The position numbers and the translations under genes are program-made. From an uncultured Elusimicrobiales bacterium (GTDB taxonomy: Bacteria > Elusimicrobiota > Elusimicrobia > Elusimicrobiales > Elusimicrobiaceae), in NCBI GenBank assembly GCA_944324685.1, contig CALUXG010000030.1, positions 9,073 through 73,072 of the forward strand: DNA of 64,000 nucleotides. Direction: 5' to 3'. This document shows, piece after piece, positions 1-8,172 of the stretch. Position 1 is the first letter of the stretch. The number at the start of each line of letters is the position of its first letter. The notes under the pieces are model-generated. The model did not search any database. It saw only the letters and a program-made list of their open reading frames with translations, and had not been told where the DNA came from.

Positions 1-231
1 AACGGCCTTGGCGGGACTTAAAAAGAAAAACCCGCTGATCATCACAAATACGGGCACGGCAAAACGGCAGAAAGCCAAATACAGATCAGCACAGAACCAA
101 CCGAAGGAACCGTGCGGAAGCACCTTTTCCACATAATAGGAAGAAACGTGAATCAGCACCACGGCAAGAGCAGACAGAGAGCGCAACACATCCGCCCAGA
201 CCAGACGTTTTTGATTTATAATTTGCGGCAT
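1..231 (-). CDS. acyltransferase-3 (OafA-like) family membrane protein, N-terminal part; the gene runs off the window edge
   Basis: Manual minus-strand translation from ATG (229-231): MPQIINQKRLVWADVLRSLSALAVVLIHVSSYYVEK...FAVPVFVMISGFFFL. This is a typical acyltransferase-3 N-terminus. It is absent from the ORF track because the window truncates it. Confidence 0.6.
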   Translation of the reverse strand, partial: MPQIINQKRLVWADVLRSLSALAVVLIHVSSYYVEKVLPHGSFGWFCADLYLAFCRFAVPVFVMISGFFFLSPAKAV

Positions 232-252
232 ATGGATCCTTTAGAGGATAAA

Positions 253-699
253 TTATTTGGACAATTCTTTACGCAGACGGATAATGCATTTTTCCAAATA
301 ATCATGCGCTTCTTTCGTTAGATCTGTATTGCGGCCGGAAGCAATGTCCGCAGACAGCGCCTGCTCATAACAACTCAAGGAGCGGTGCGGATCGCGTTCC
401 GTGCCGCAGCCCGTAGCATACAAATCCCCCAATAACAGCCAAACAGCGGGATCCTTTTCCTGTGCGGCCAAAACACCGACCCATCTAAAAATAACGGGAT
501 AATAAGCGGCGTCTTTTTCATAATAAAAACGTTCCGCAATCGCATACATGGCTTCTTTATCACCGCGTTTGGCGCGCAGTTCCAGTTCTTTATAAAGTGC
601 CTTTTTGACGGCTTTAGACGGATAGTACCGCCGCCAAACCCCATAGGCAAAACTGCCTACGGCTATACAAAACAATAAGCAAATAATAAAAAGAGTCAT
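253..699 (-). CDS. membrane-anchored Sel1-like (TPR-type) repeat protein
   Basis: ORF 253..756 trimmed to the internal ATG at 699 (MTLFIICLLFCIAVGSFAYGV, a TM helix). Sel1-like repeats are present (AMYAIAERFYYEKD..., LLGDLYATGCGTERDPHRSLSCYEQA). TATACT lies 6 nt upstream of this ATG. Confidence 0.6.
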   Translation of the reverse strand: MTLFIICLLFCIAVGSFAYGVWRRYYPSKAVKKALYKELELRAKRGDKEAMYAIAERFYYEKDAAYYPVIFRWVGVLAAQEKDPAVWLLLGDLYATGCGTERDPHRSLSCYEQALSADIASGRNTDLTKEAHDYLEKCIIRLRKELSK

Positions 700-881
700 A
701 GCTTTAGTATAGTTTATTTTTAGACGGTAAAAAAGCCTCTTTTGGCAACGCCGCACAAAATAGAAATGTAACTGATAAACAAAAAGACGTCCGCTATATA
801 AACGCCAGAAGAAAGGAAGTTTGAAAATGTTTTGCAGCTCTTAAACGCAACAACTGGACCTGTCATTCTATTTTCCAAATA

Positions 882-914
882 AAATTTCCCCCGCCAAAAA
901 CGCGGGGGAAATTT
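882..914 (-). terminator. intrinsic terminator hairpin downstream of the Ala-rich protein gene
   Basis: aaatttcccccg (882-893) pairs perfectly with cgggggaaattt (903-914). The A/T-rich stem ends give U-runs in both directions. Confidence 0.6.
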
Positions 915-929
915 TAGATTGCAACCGTT

Positions 930-1988
930 TTACGGCCTTTTTTGTTTGAATGTTTCTTCTCTAAATAAAGGCCGTGCGGCGGCTTCCGCAACATCTTTGG
1001 ATATTTTTTGCGCTAAAGCATGCCCCAGCGCATTGACGGCAGCCTTGGCTTTGGCCTGAGCGTCCGCCGCAGCAGCAGCCGCAGCATCCGCATCGGCTTT
1101 AGCTTTTGCAGCCGATTGCACAGCCAGTTTTGCTTTAGCCGCTGTGGCATTCGCGGCCGCCAGCGTTATATCCGCCTGTGTTTTAGCCTGTGCAGCAGAA
1201 GCCGCGGCAGTTTTGGCTTTAATCTCCGCTGCAGCGGCGGCGGCAGAAGCTGTATCAGCTTCTCTTTTGGTCGCTTCCGCCGTTCCGGCCGCGTGTTCGG
1301 CCGCTGCCCTGGCCTTGGCGGCGGCATCGTTGGCCGCGGCCGAAGCCTGTTTGGCAACCTCACTTATTTTATTGGCGGTATCGCGGGCGGATTTGGCAAA
1401 GGCCTGAGCCTGCTGTTTACACACCCCTATAGAAGTCGTAATCCCTTTTTCCGCTTCCCGCACTGTTGTCTGCGCTTGCTGTACCGCAGCAGAGGCGGAA
1501 GAGGCTACCGCGTCGGCTTCAGCTTTGGCTTTTACAGCTGCCGTATTAGAATTGTCGGCTACCACTTTGGCGTTGGCGGCAATTGCGGCGGCTTTTTTGG
1601 CTTTAGCAGCGGTATCTGCAGCCGCAGCCGCAGAAACATCCGCATCGGCTTTGGCTTTGGCAGCCGCTTGTGCGGCTACTTTGGCTTTGGCGGCGGCATC
1701 AGCGGCGGCAACGGACGTGGCATCAGCATCGGCTTTGGCTTTGGCGGCCGCCTGAGCCGCAACGGTGGCCTTGTTGTAAGCGACGGTAGCCGCCTGCAAC
1801 GACACGTTGACGGCGCTGCGGGCAGCGTTGTTGGCTGAATTCTGCGCACGCACTTCGGCGCGGGCATCCATAGCGATGGACTCATATTCTCTGTCAAGCT
1901 TGGTTTTGGGAGGCTCTTGCGCAAATGCCAACGAATAGGCAAACACAAAAGCTCCCGACATTAACAACACTTTACTGATTCGTTTCAT
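930..1988 (-). CDS. secreted alanine-rich repeat protein (AKAKADAD motifs, tandem 28-aa repeats)
   Basis: ORF 930..2069 trimmed to ATG 1988, which is preceded by GGAGG. Signal peptide MKRISKVLLMSGAFVFAYSLAFA. The rest is a long Ala/Lys/Asp/Gln low-complexity helix-type sequence. Confidence 0.75.
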   Translation of the reverse strand: MKRISKVLLMSGAFVFAYSLAFAQEPPKTKLDREYESIAMDARAEVRAQNSANNAARSAVNVSLQAATVAYNKATVAAQAAAKAKADADATSVAAADAAAKAKVAAQAAAKAKADADVSAAAAADTAAKAKKAAAIAANAKVVADNSNTAAVKAKAEADAVASSASAAVQQAQTTVREAEKGITTSIGVCKQQAQAFAKSARDTANKISEVAKQASAAANDAAAKARAAAEHAAGTAEATKREADTASAAAAAAEIKAKTAAASAAQAKTQADITLAAANATAAKAKLAVQSAAKAKADADAAAAAAADAQAKAKAAVNALGHALAQKISKDVAEAAARPLFREETFKQKRP

Positions 1989-2083
1989 GTACATTCCTCC
2001 GATGGTACAAAATGAACGCTTTTTCGTACTGGATACTTTATAGTATACAGATTTTTGCGTATTTGACAAGGGCTTTTGGACCT

Positions 2084-2113
2084 ATAAAAACGCCCGCCTT
2101 TGCAGGGCGGGCG
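2084..2113 (-). terminator. intrinsic terminator ending the sigma / anti-sigma / redoxin operon
   Basis: cgcccgcc (2091-2098) pairs with ggcgggcg (2106-2113). On the minus strand it is followed by TTTTTAT. Confidence 0.7.
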
Positions 2114-2130
2114 ACATGAAAAACATCCGT

Positions 2131-3414
2131 TTACAGATTATTGGCCAGCAGCAAGACCAACAAACCGAGGAAAACACAGCATAAAATCAACTTTGTCAGT
2201 CCCAAGTGTTTTTTAAGCCAACCGTTGAACGTGGCAGATTCTTTACCACACACGGCCAGCGCAAACACCAACACCAAAGGAACAATAAACATCAGATTAT
2301 ACAAAAGCAAATACTCTGCCGCTTTGAAAAAGTGTTTGTCCGCTTCTTTCAAAATCACCATAATCGTGGGCAAATACACTTGTCCCGTGCAAACGGCTTC
2401 CACCAAAGACACCACAAAACCCACGGCACAGGCCGCCAGCACCAGCCGCCACGAAGAGCTGTGTTTATCACGCAGGAAGAAATGCATGACTTTGTGAATA
2501 TACTGCTTATAACTTTTCGGCAGCTGCAAAAGCATTTTTTCCGACTTTTTTGTACGTTGGTACACGATAAAATCATACAAGCTCAGCACAAAAAACAAAG
2601 CGCACAATGCAATGGTAAGCCATTGCACGATCCACGTTACATAAGAAAAGCCTTTCATGGCATACAGAAAGCGAAATACGCCAAAACCCATCAGAATATA
2701 GGCCGCAAAAACGGAAGCACAATAAGAAGATCCCACTAGGATAATCTCCTTTCTGTTGTATTTATATACAGACAGGAAAGAAATAAAGAATACGATGACC
2801 GCAAAAGCGCAGGGATTGATGCCATCGGCCAAACCGGCCCCTATAATCGCCCACAAAGTAATCTGGCTGAACATGGCCTCATGCTGTTCTTGCTGGGAAG
2901 ACGGCGAGGGCGCCGCTTGCTCGGAGGAAGACACTGGGGAACGTTTCGAGACAGTTTGTTCGGCGGCGGGAGCATCGGCAGCAGCAGACGGGAGAGCGGA
3001 ATCCGTTTGCACAGACACGGCGGTTTTTGCCGCCGCTTGGGCCGACTGCCGCTCTTGTATCATTTCCGACAACACTTCTTCGCAACGGTCAATGGAACGG
3101 GGGTACCCCTGCAGTACCTTATCACCGATAATTACAGTGGGAATACCCAACGATTCCGCACCGCGAGCCTCCATGGCTTTCATGAACACCAAATTACCCG
3201 TCCCTTCCGTAACATCATAATGCGTTACGCGGATTTGGCCTTTATGCTTGGCCTCAAAATTTTCAATAAATTTATCTTCTTTCAAGTGGCGGCAATGCAC
3301 ACAATACGGAGAGGTAAATACCAACACCTCTATCGGCGCGGCCGAAACTGGTGTCCAAACCGCCAAACACAATACGGCAAACAACACTTTTTTCCACATC
3401 TTTTTCAAACGCAT
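2131..3414 (-). CDS. periplasmic glutaredoxin/thioredoxin-like domain fused to a CcdA/DsbD-like 6-TM thiol-transfer membrane domain
   Basis: ATG 3414 is preceded by AGGAG. Signal peptide, then VFTSPYCVHCRHLKE (CxxC redoxin fold), an A/S/Q/P-rich linker, then TM helices carrying DGINPCAF and EAVCTGQVY (paired membrane Cys as in CcdA/DsbD-type proteins). Confidence 0.7.
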   Translation of the reverse strand: MRLKKMWKKVLFAVLCLAVWTPVSAAPIEVLVFTSPYCVHCRHLKEDKFIENFEAKHKGQIRVTHYDVTEGTGNLVFMKAMEARGAESLGIPTVIIGDKVLQGYPRSIDRCEEVLSEMIQERQSAQAAAKTAVSVQTDSALPSAAADAPAAEQTVSKRSPVSSSEQAAPSPSSQQEQHEAMFSQITLWAIIGAGLADGINPCAFAVIVFFISFLSVYKYNRKEIILVGSSYCASVFAAYILMGFGVFRFLYAMKGFSYVTWIVQWLTIALCALFFVLSLYDFIVYQRTKKSEKMLLQLPKSYKQYIHKVMHFFLRDKHSSSWRLVLAACAVGFVVSLVEAVCTGQVYLPTIMVILKEADKHFFKAAEYLLLYNLMFIVPLVLVFALAVCGKESATFNGWLKKHLGLTKLILCCVFLGLLVLLLANNL

Positions 3415-3422
3415 ATCTTCTC

Positions 3423-3899
3423 CTAACACAATGTTTTGCATAATCTCAATTCTTTAATCTGCGACGGGTATTTTACCGCGCATTGGCGCAAACGCGCCTG
3501 TTCCTGCGCGCTGCATGCCGTACAAGCCACGGAAGCCAGCCCTTTGCGCAAATAAGACACAGTACGCCGGTCAAAACTGCTCAGCTGCTTTGCGCACGGA
3601 CAGTCATTTTCATCGGCAGTCAACGCTTTTGCCAATAAATAACGGCTGGTAAGCTCCGCACAGTCTTCTTCGCTCAACCCCTGCTGCAGGACGCCCGCCG
3701 CATGCGGCGGGGCGGCCAGACGAGACGTCAACACCGCTCCCATTGCTATGGCAAATACGGCACATCCCACCCACGCCAGCGGTCTGCGCCAACGAATGAC
3801 GCGCCGACGGTTAAGCTCGCTCCAAATGCGGGCTTTTACCGCGTTTTGCGGGTCAAAATCCAAACTTTGAGCCTGCAACAGCCAAGAAGGTTTCTTCAT
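3423..3899 (-). CDS. putative single-pass anti-sigma factor with a Cys-rich extracytoplasmic domain
   Basis: ATGA start/stop overlap with the upstream ECF sigma gene. Short cytoplasmic N-terminus, TM helix (LAWVGCAVFAIAMGAVLTS), and an outside domain of about 95 aa with 8 Cys (DCPC, CTAC and others). There is no ZAS HxxxCxxC motif. Confidence 0.55.
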   Translation of the reverse strand: MKKPSWLLQAQSLDFDPQNAVKARIWSELNRRRVIRWRRPLAWVGCAVFAIAMGAVLTSRLAAPPHAAGVLQQGLSEEDCAELTSRYLLAKALTADENDCPCAKQLSSFDRRTVSYLRKGLASVACTACSAQEQARLRQCAVKYPSQIKELRLCKTLC

Positions 3900-4393
3900 A
3901 TATTCTCCATATCGCGCCGCATTTTTTCTACAGCGCGGTGGGTTATGGTCCCCACATTACTCTCGCTCAGCCCCGTTACCGCCGCAATTTGGCGGTTGTT
4001 CAGCCCCGAATAAAATTTCAACGAAATAATATCGCGTTCCTTGGCCGACAGTTTTTCCACAGCCGCAAAAAGACGTTTTTTTAATTCTCCGTCTTCAGCC
4101 TGCTGGGCGGGGTTTTTGTCATTCAAAGGCGTTATATTCTCCGTTTCCGTCAGGGAGAAAAAATTTTTTACCCAGTACAGCCTCCTGTGCATATTGATTT
4201 CATTGCGGGCGATGGTAAAAATCCACTGGCCAAAAACGCCTTTTTTTTCATCATATGAAGCAAATTTTTCAAAAGCTTTGCGCCATGCCGCCGCGCACAA
4301 ATCTTCAGCCACGGCCGCATCCCGCACGCGCAAAAACACATAAGCATATATCCGCTTGAAATATGCGTCGTACAATTCTTCAAAAAGCTTCAT
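3896..4393 (-). CDS. ECF-type RNA polymerase sigma-70 family factor
   Basis: Region 2 (YAYVFLRVRDAAVAEDLCAAAWRKAF) and region 4 (LSAKERDIISLKFYSGLNNRQIAAVTGLSESNVGTITHRAVEKMR). Start trimmed to ATG 4393 (MKLFEELY...). Confidence 0.85.
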   Translation of the reverse strand: MKLFEELYDAYFKRIYAYVFLRVRDAAVAEDLCAAAWRKAFEKFASYDEKKGVFGQWIFTIARNEINMHRRLYWVKNFFSLTETENITPLNDKNPAQQAEDGELKKRLFAAVEKLSAKERDIISLKFYSGLNNRQIAAVTGLSESNVGTITHRAVEKMRRDMENI

Positions 4394-4715
4394 ACACCCA
4401 TTATTATGCTCCGGCGCAAAAAGTATCACACGGATTCTTTGTATAGTTGAAAAAACGACTTCGGCACTGCATATAATCCGCCGCTTCGTCCGCCCTTATT
4501 TCTTCCAAGCATTCTCTTCTCCCGCTGAGGTTTCTTTTGGGTCAAGAGATTTGTTCGTATATATGATGTAAACCAGTTATGCGGAAAAAGCAATAAAAAC
4601 GGCAGGCATCAGCCGTTTTTCGCATTGCCGGACCGATATTTTTGTCCATAATATAATAGTTTAACATATCTGTTTCGGCCAAGACCCGCTCCGGCACCGG
4701 CGCAAAATATTTTTT

Positions 4716-4724
4716 TGCTATCAT
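4716..4724 (+). promoter_or_regulatory. extended -10 (TGCTATCAT) 6 nt upstream of the MATE ATG
   Basis: TGnTAnnAT-type element. There are only 6 nt (ATAAAT) before ATG 4731 and no Shine-Dalgarno sequence. Confidence 0.4.
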
Positions 4725-4730
4725 ATAAAT

Positions 4731-6188
4731 ATGAACGCCGTTTCTTTGCCTTCCAACAACCGCGAGGAAAAACAGTTTCTTATCATGACGCAAATGCCGG
4801 TAGGCAAGCTCATTGCAAAACTGGCCGTACCCACTGTCATCAGCATGCTGGTCAGCGCCATATACAATATCACGGACACCTTTTATGTTTCCCATCTAGG
4901 TCCCAGCGCCGCCGGAGCCGTGGGGGTTGTATTTTCCCTGATGTCTTTAATTCAGGCTTTTGGCATGGGCATGGGAACCGGCGCGGCCAGCATGGTCAGC
5001 CGCTGCTTGGGCAAACGCGACGTAACAACCGCTTCCCGCTATGTGTCTTCGGCTTTTTTTGCGGGGGCATTTATCGGTTTGTGCATTTTAGCGGCGGGAG
5101 AATTAAATTTACGCTGGCTGATGAAACTGCTGGGCAGTACGGAAACCATTTTGCCATACGCCTGCGATTACGGACATTATATTCTGCTGGCCGCACCCAT
5201 TATGTGCGCCGCGTTTGTACTGAACACGACGCTGCGGGCGGAAGGAAAAGCTTTGTTTTCCATGGCCGGCTTAACCGTAGGAGCGGTGCTGAACATAGCC
5301 ATAGCGCCTATTTTTATCTATATGCTGGAATGGGGTATTGCGGGGGCGGCCATCGCGGTGCTAATTTGTCAAACGCTGAGTTTATGTATTTTATTGTCTT
5401 TTTTTATCCGCAAAAAAAGCGTTACCACCCTTTCTTGGAAACTTGTCAGCAAAGATATGCGCGTCTATTTGGATTTGGTACGTTTGGGCAGCCCCACCAC
5501 GCTCAGGCAAGGCTTTGCGTCGCTGGCTATGGCGCTCTTAAACATCAAGTCCGCACCGTTTGGAGACGCAGCCGTAGCCGCGGTCAGTATCGTCGTAAAA
5601 ATTTATTTGGCTATACGAAGCCTGATTTTAGGTATTGGACAGGCTTTACAGCCGGTGGCAGGCTATAATCACGGAGCAAAGCTCTATGACCGTGTCCGAA
5701 AAGCTTTTTGGGTTACTACGCGTGCAGGGACCTTGATATGTATCGCATTGGCCGCCGCGCTGGCATTATGGGCCGAGCCGGTCATGACTTCTTTTCGCAC
5801 AGGCAGCCAAGAAGTGGTAAAAATAGGCGTTGAAGCGCTGTATTTGTTTTGCATGGCCCTACCCTTTCTGGCTTTTTCCACTTATGTTGACCAAATGCTG
5901 CAAATGTTAGGTAAAAGCAAAAGCTCCGCTTTTCTGGCCAGCTGCCGTCAGGGAATTATGTTTTTGCCGCTGATTTTTATCCTGCCGCATTTTTGGGGGC
6001 TGCGCGGCGTGGAAGCCGCACAGCCTCTGGCCGACGTATTGACCTTTGCGGCGGCGGGAATTATTTTAACGAAATTTTTCAAGCAATACCAAAGCGGGCA
6101 AAAGATTCTAACTTCCAAGCGGCGTTTGCGGTTAATATACTTGATTTTGGCCCGCAAACTCAATCACTGGACAGAACCTTACAAATAG
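4731..6188 (+). CDS. MATE family multidrug/toxin efflux transporter
   Basis: 12-TM protein with a typical MATE N-terminus (GKLIAKLAVPTVISMLVSAIYNITDTFYVSHLG). An alternative start at 4785 (MTQMPVGK) is possible. Confidence 0.85.
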   Translation: MNAVSLPSNNREEKQFLIMTQMPVGKLIAKLAVPTVISMLVSAIYNITDTFYVSHLGPSAAGAVGVVFSLMSLIQAFGMGMGTGAASMVSRCLGKRDVTTASRYVSSAFFAGAFIGLCILAAGELNLRWLMKLLGSTETILPYACDYGHYILLAAPIMCAAFVLNTTLRAEGKALFSMAGLTVGAVLNIAIAPIFIYMLEWGIAGAAIAVLICQTLSLCILLSFFIRKKSVTTLSWKLVSKDMRVYLDLVRLGSPTTLRQGFASLAMALLNIKSAPFGDAAVAAVSIVVKIYLAIRSLILGIGQALQPVAGYNHGAKLYDRVRKAFWVTTRAGTLICIALAAALALWAEPVMTSFRTGSQEVVKIGVEALYLFCMALPFLAFSTYVDQMLQMLGKSKSSAFLASCRQGIMFLPLIFILPHFWGLRGVEAAQPLADVLTFAAAGIILTKFFKQYQSGQKILTSKRRLRLIYLILARKLNHWTEPYK

Positions 6189-6203
6189 GCGGAGCGGTAA
6201 ATT

Positions 6204-6212
6204 TGGTAAAAT
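6204..6212 (+). promoter_or_regulatory. extended -10 (TGGTAAAAT) 6 nt upstream of the fmt ATG
   Basis: TGnTAAAAT followed by AAAAAC, then ATG 6219. No Shine-Dalgarno sequence. Confidence 0.4.
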
Positions 6213-6218
6213 AAAAAC

Positions 6219-7169
6219 ATGTCAAAACTTAAGACAATTTTCTTCGGAACGCCTGAGACAGCCGTACCGTATTTGGAACTGACAAATCAAATAACCGACA
6301 TACAGCTGGTCGTTACGCAAGCCGACAAACCGCGCGGACGCGGCATGTTCGTTACGCCCTGTCCCGTCAAGAAACGCGCACTGGAGCTGGGGCTGCCCGT
6401 ACGCTCTCCTGAGAAATTGAAGGATATTTATGATGAAGTAAAAAATATCCCTTTTGATATAGGGGTGGTGGTGGCTTTTGGCAAAATTTTCCGCCCTGAT
6501 TTTCTGGCTTTGGCAAAAACGGGCTTTTTGAATGTACATTTTTCGCTGCTACCGCAGCTACGCGGCGCGGCGCCTGTACAGCATGCTTTGTTTAACAATT
6601 TTTCAAAAACAGGCATCAGCGTTTTTTGGATTTCTCCGGGCATGGATGACGGACCGCTGTTTTTGCAAAAAGAAATTCCCGTTTCTCCGGATGACGACGC
6701 CGAAACCCTGTTTGCCAAGCTGATTCCTCTGGGAGCGGACGGATTAAAAGAAACTTTGTTACAGTTGGAAGCCGGACAAACAAATAAAATCCCGCAAACG
6801 GGAGAGCCGACTTTTGCCCCCATGATCAAAAAAGAAGACGCATTGCTGAACTTTCACTCCATGACGGCCGAAGAAATACACCACAAAGTACGCGGTTTGG
6901 TCTGTGGTCCCAAAGCCCGCGCCGTCGTACATCTGGCCGGTCAAGAAGACGTAGTACAGATTTTGCATACGCGTTTGCCGCAATGCACCGCGCCTTCCGC
7001 CGGTGCGGGCAAGGTGCTGTGCATTGAAAGCAAAAGCGGAATTTTAGTAGAATGTAAACGAGGCTGTATTTGGATAATGCAGCTGCATCCGGCCGGCAAA
7101 AAAGCCATGTCCGCCGCGGCATACGCCAACGGACGCGGTCTCAAGTCCGGCACGGAGGTTTTTGAGTAG
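6219..7169 (+). CDS. fmt: methionyl-tRNA formyltransferase
   Basis: IFFGTPETAVPYL, VVTQADKPRGRG, LNVHFSLLPQLRGAAPVQHAL. Confidence 0.9.
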   Translation: MSKLKTIFFGTPETAVPYLELTNQITDIQLVVTQADKPRGRGMFVTPCPVKKRALELGLPVRSPEKLKDIYDEVKNIPFDIGVVVAFGKIFRPDFLALAKTGFLNVHFSLLPQLRGAAPVQHALFNNFSKTGISVFWISPGMDDGPLFLQKEIPVSPDDDAETLFAKLIPLGADGLKETLLQLEAGQTNKIPQTGEPTFAPMIKKEDALLNFHSMTAEEIHHKVRGLVCGPKARAVVHLAGQEDVVQILHTRLPQCTAPSAGAGKVLCIESKSGILVECKRGCIWIMQLHPAGKKAMSAAAYANGRGLKSGTEVFE

Positions 7170-7170
7170 C

Positions 7171-8172
7171 ATGACAAAAAACACGGACTCCAATTTTGAA
7201 GAATTCATTGGAAAAAACAAAGCCTCCTCCCGCGGTAAATGGATTGCGGCGGGAGTGGTTTTTGTCTTTTTCGTTTTGCTCATTTTTGTCTCCATAGACT
7301 GGGTAATGGGAGCCTTGGTACACACGCGTCAGGAAGTGCAAGTACCCGACATTACCAAAAAGCCGGTTACGGCCGCGCTAAACTCTTTGGCTACGGTTAA
7401 TCTGGCCATGAAGCAGGCCGGCGTAGAATTTGCAGACAATGTTCCCCCCGGCTCCGTATTGCGCCAGATCCCTTCCGCCGGAAGCACCGTGCGCGAAGGA
7501 CGCGTTATCCGCGTGTGGATTTCTCAGGGAGACGAAATGGTGTTTGTTCCCTCTGTGGAAGGACTGGATTTGCGCGCGGCACAGTTGGCCGTCCGCCAAG
7601 CGGGTCTGCAGGTGGAAAAGGTGGAAAACGCCTACTCTCTGACTGTGGAAAAAGGATTGATTATCTCACAAGCTCCGGAAGCCGACAGCATGTTAACACG
7701 CGGCGACAAAGTCACTTTGACGCTGTCCAACGGCCAGCCGCCCTCCAGCGTCATTTTAGTGCCTGATTTCCGCAACAAAAAACTGGCGGACGCCACTTTA
7801 TGGGCCAGCCAGCAAAATATGAATTTGACCGTAAAAGAAGATCCGCATTCGCCTTTCCCGTACGGTACGATAGCGGAACAAAATCCTCCCGCGGACAGTG
7901 AATTGGCCGCCGGATCGGCGCTGGAAGTTACCGTCAGCCGCCGCGAAGCGTCCGAAGACGAAAAGATTTATCATCTGCATTATGAATTGCCGCAGGGCAA
8001 AAAGGCTATGCGCATACGCATTGTGCTTATTGACGACAACGGCGAACGGGAAGTCATCAACGAGCCTAAACAGCCCGGCAGCAAAATTGATTTGGAAATT
8101 CCGTACCGCGGCAAAGCAACGTTCCGCATTTTATCGGACGGCATTTTGGTAAGGGAACGGGAAATACAATGA
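7171..8172 (+). CDS. PASTA-domain membrane protein (3 PASTA repeats plus a C-terminal beta-rich domain) with no kinase or transpeptidase domain
   Basis: Short cytoplasmic N-terminus, one TM helix, and three repeats of about 65 aa (VPDITKKPV...GSVLRQIPSAGSTVREGRVIRVWISQG and two more). The track start 7162 is TTG. ATG 7171 is preferred, with GGAGG at 7154-7158. Confidence 0.8.
   Translation: MTKNTDSNFEEFIGKNKASSRGKWIAAGVVFVFFVLLIFVSIDWVMGALVHTRQEVQVPDITKKPVTAALNSLATVNLAMKQAGVEFADNVPPGSVLRQIPSAGSTVREGRVIRVWISQGDEMVFVPSVEGLDLRAAQLAVRQAGLQVEKVENAYSLTVEKGLIISQAPEADSMLTRGDKVTLTLSNGQPPSSVILVPDFRNKKLADATLWASQQNMNLTVKEDPHSPFPYGTIAEQNPPADSELAAGSALEVTVSRREASEDEKIYHLHYELPQGKKAMRIRIVLIDDNGEREVINEPKQPGSKIDLEIPYRGKATFRILSDGILVREREIQ

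Noticed and set aside
1020-1948. Several long ORFs on both strands inside the Ala-rich gene (1020..1838 +, 1144..1407 +, 1525..1755 +, 1166..1363 -, 1676..1948 -).
   Set aside because: They are by-products of GCN/NGC-rich repetitive codons. They have no signal, Shine-Dalgarno sequence or recognisable motif. The 930..1988 minus-strand frame has a GGAGG Shine-Dalgarno sequence, a signal peptide and flanking terminators.
4542-4895. 117-aa minus-strand ORF spanning the sigma/MATE intergenic region.
   Set aside because: It overlaps the MATE N-terminus antisense, has no Shine-Dalgarno sequence or motif, and contains the 4596-4620 hairpin. It was treated as non-coding.
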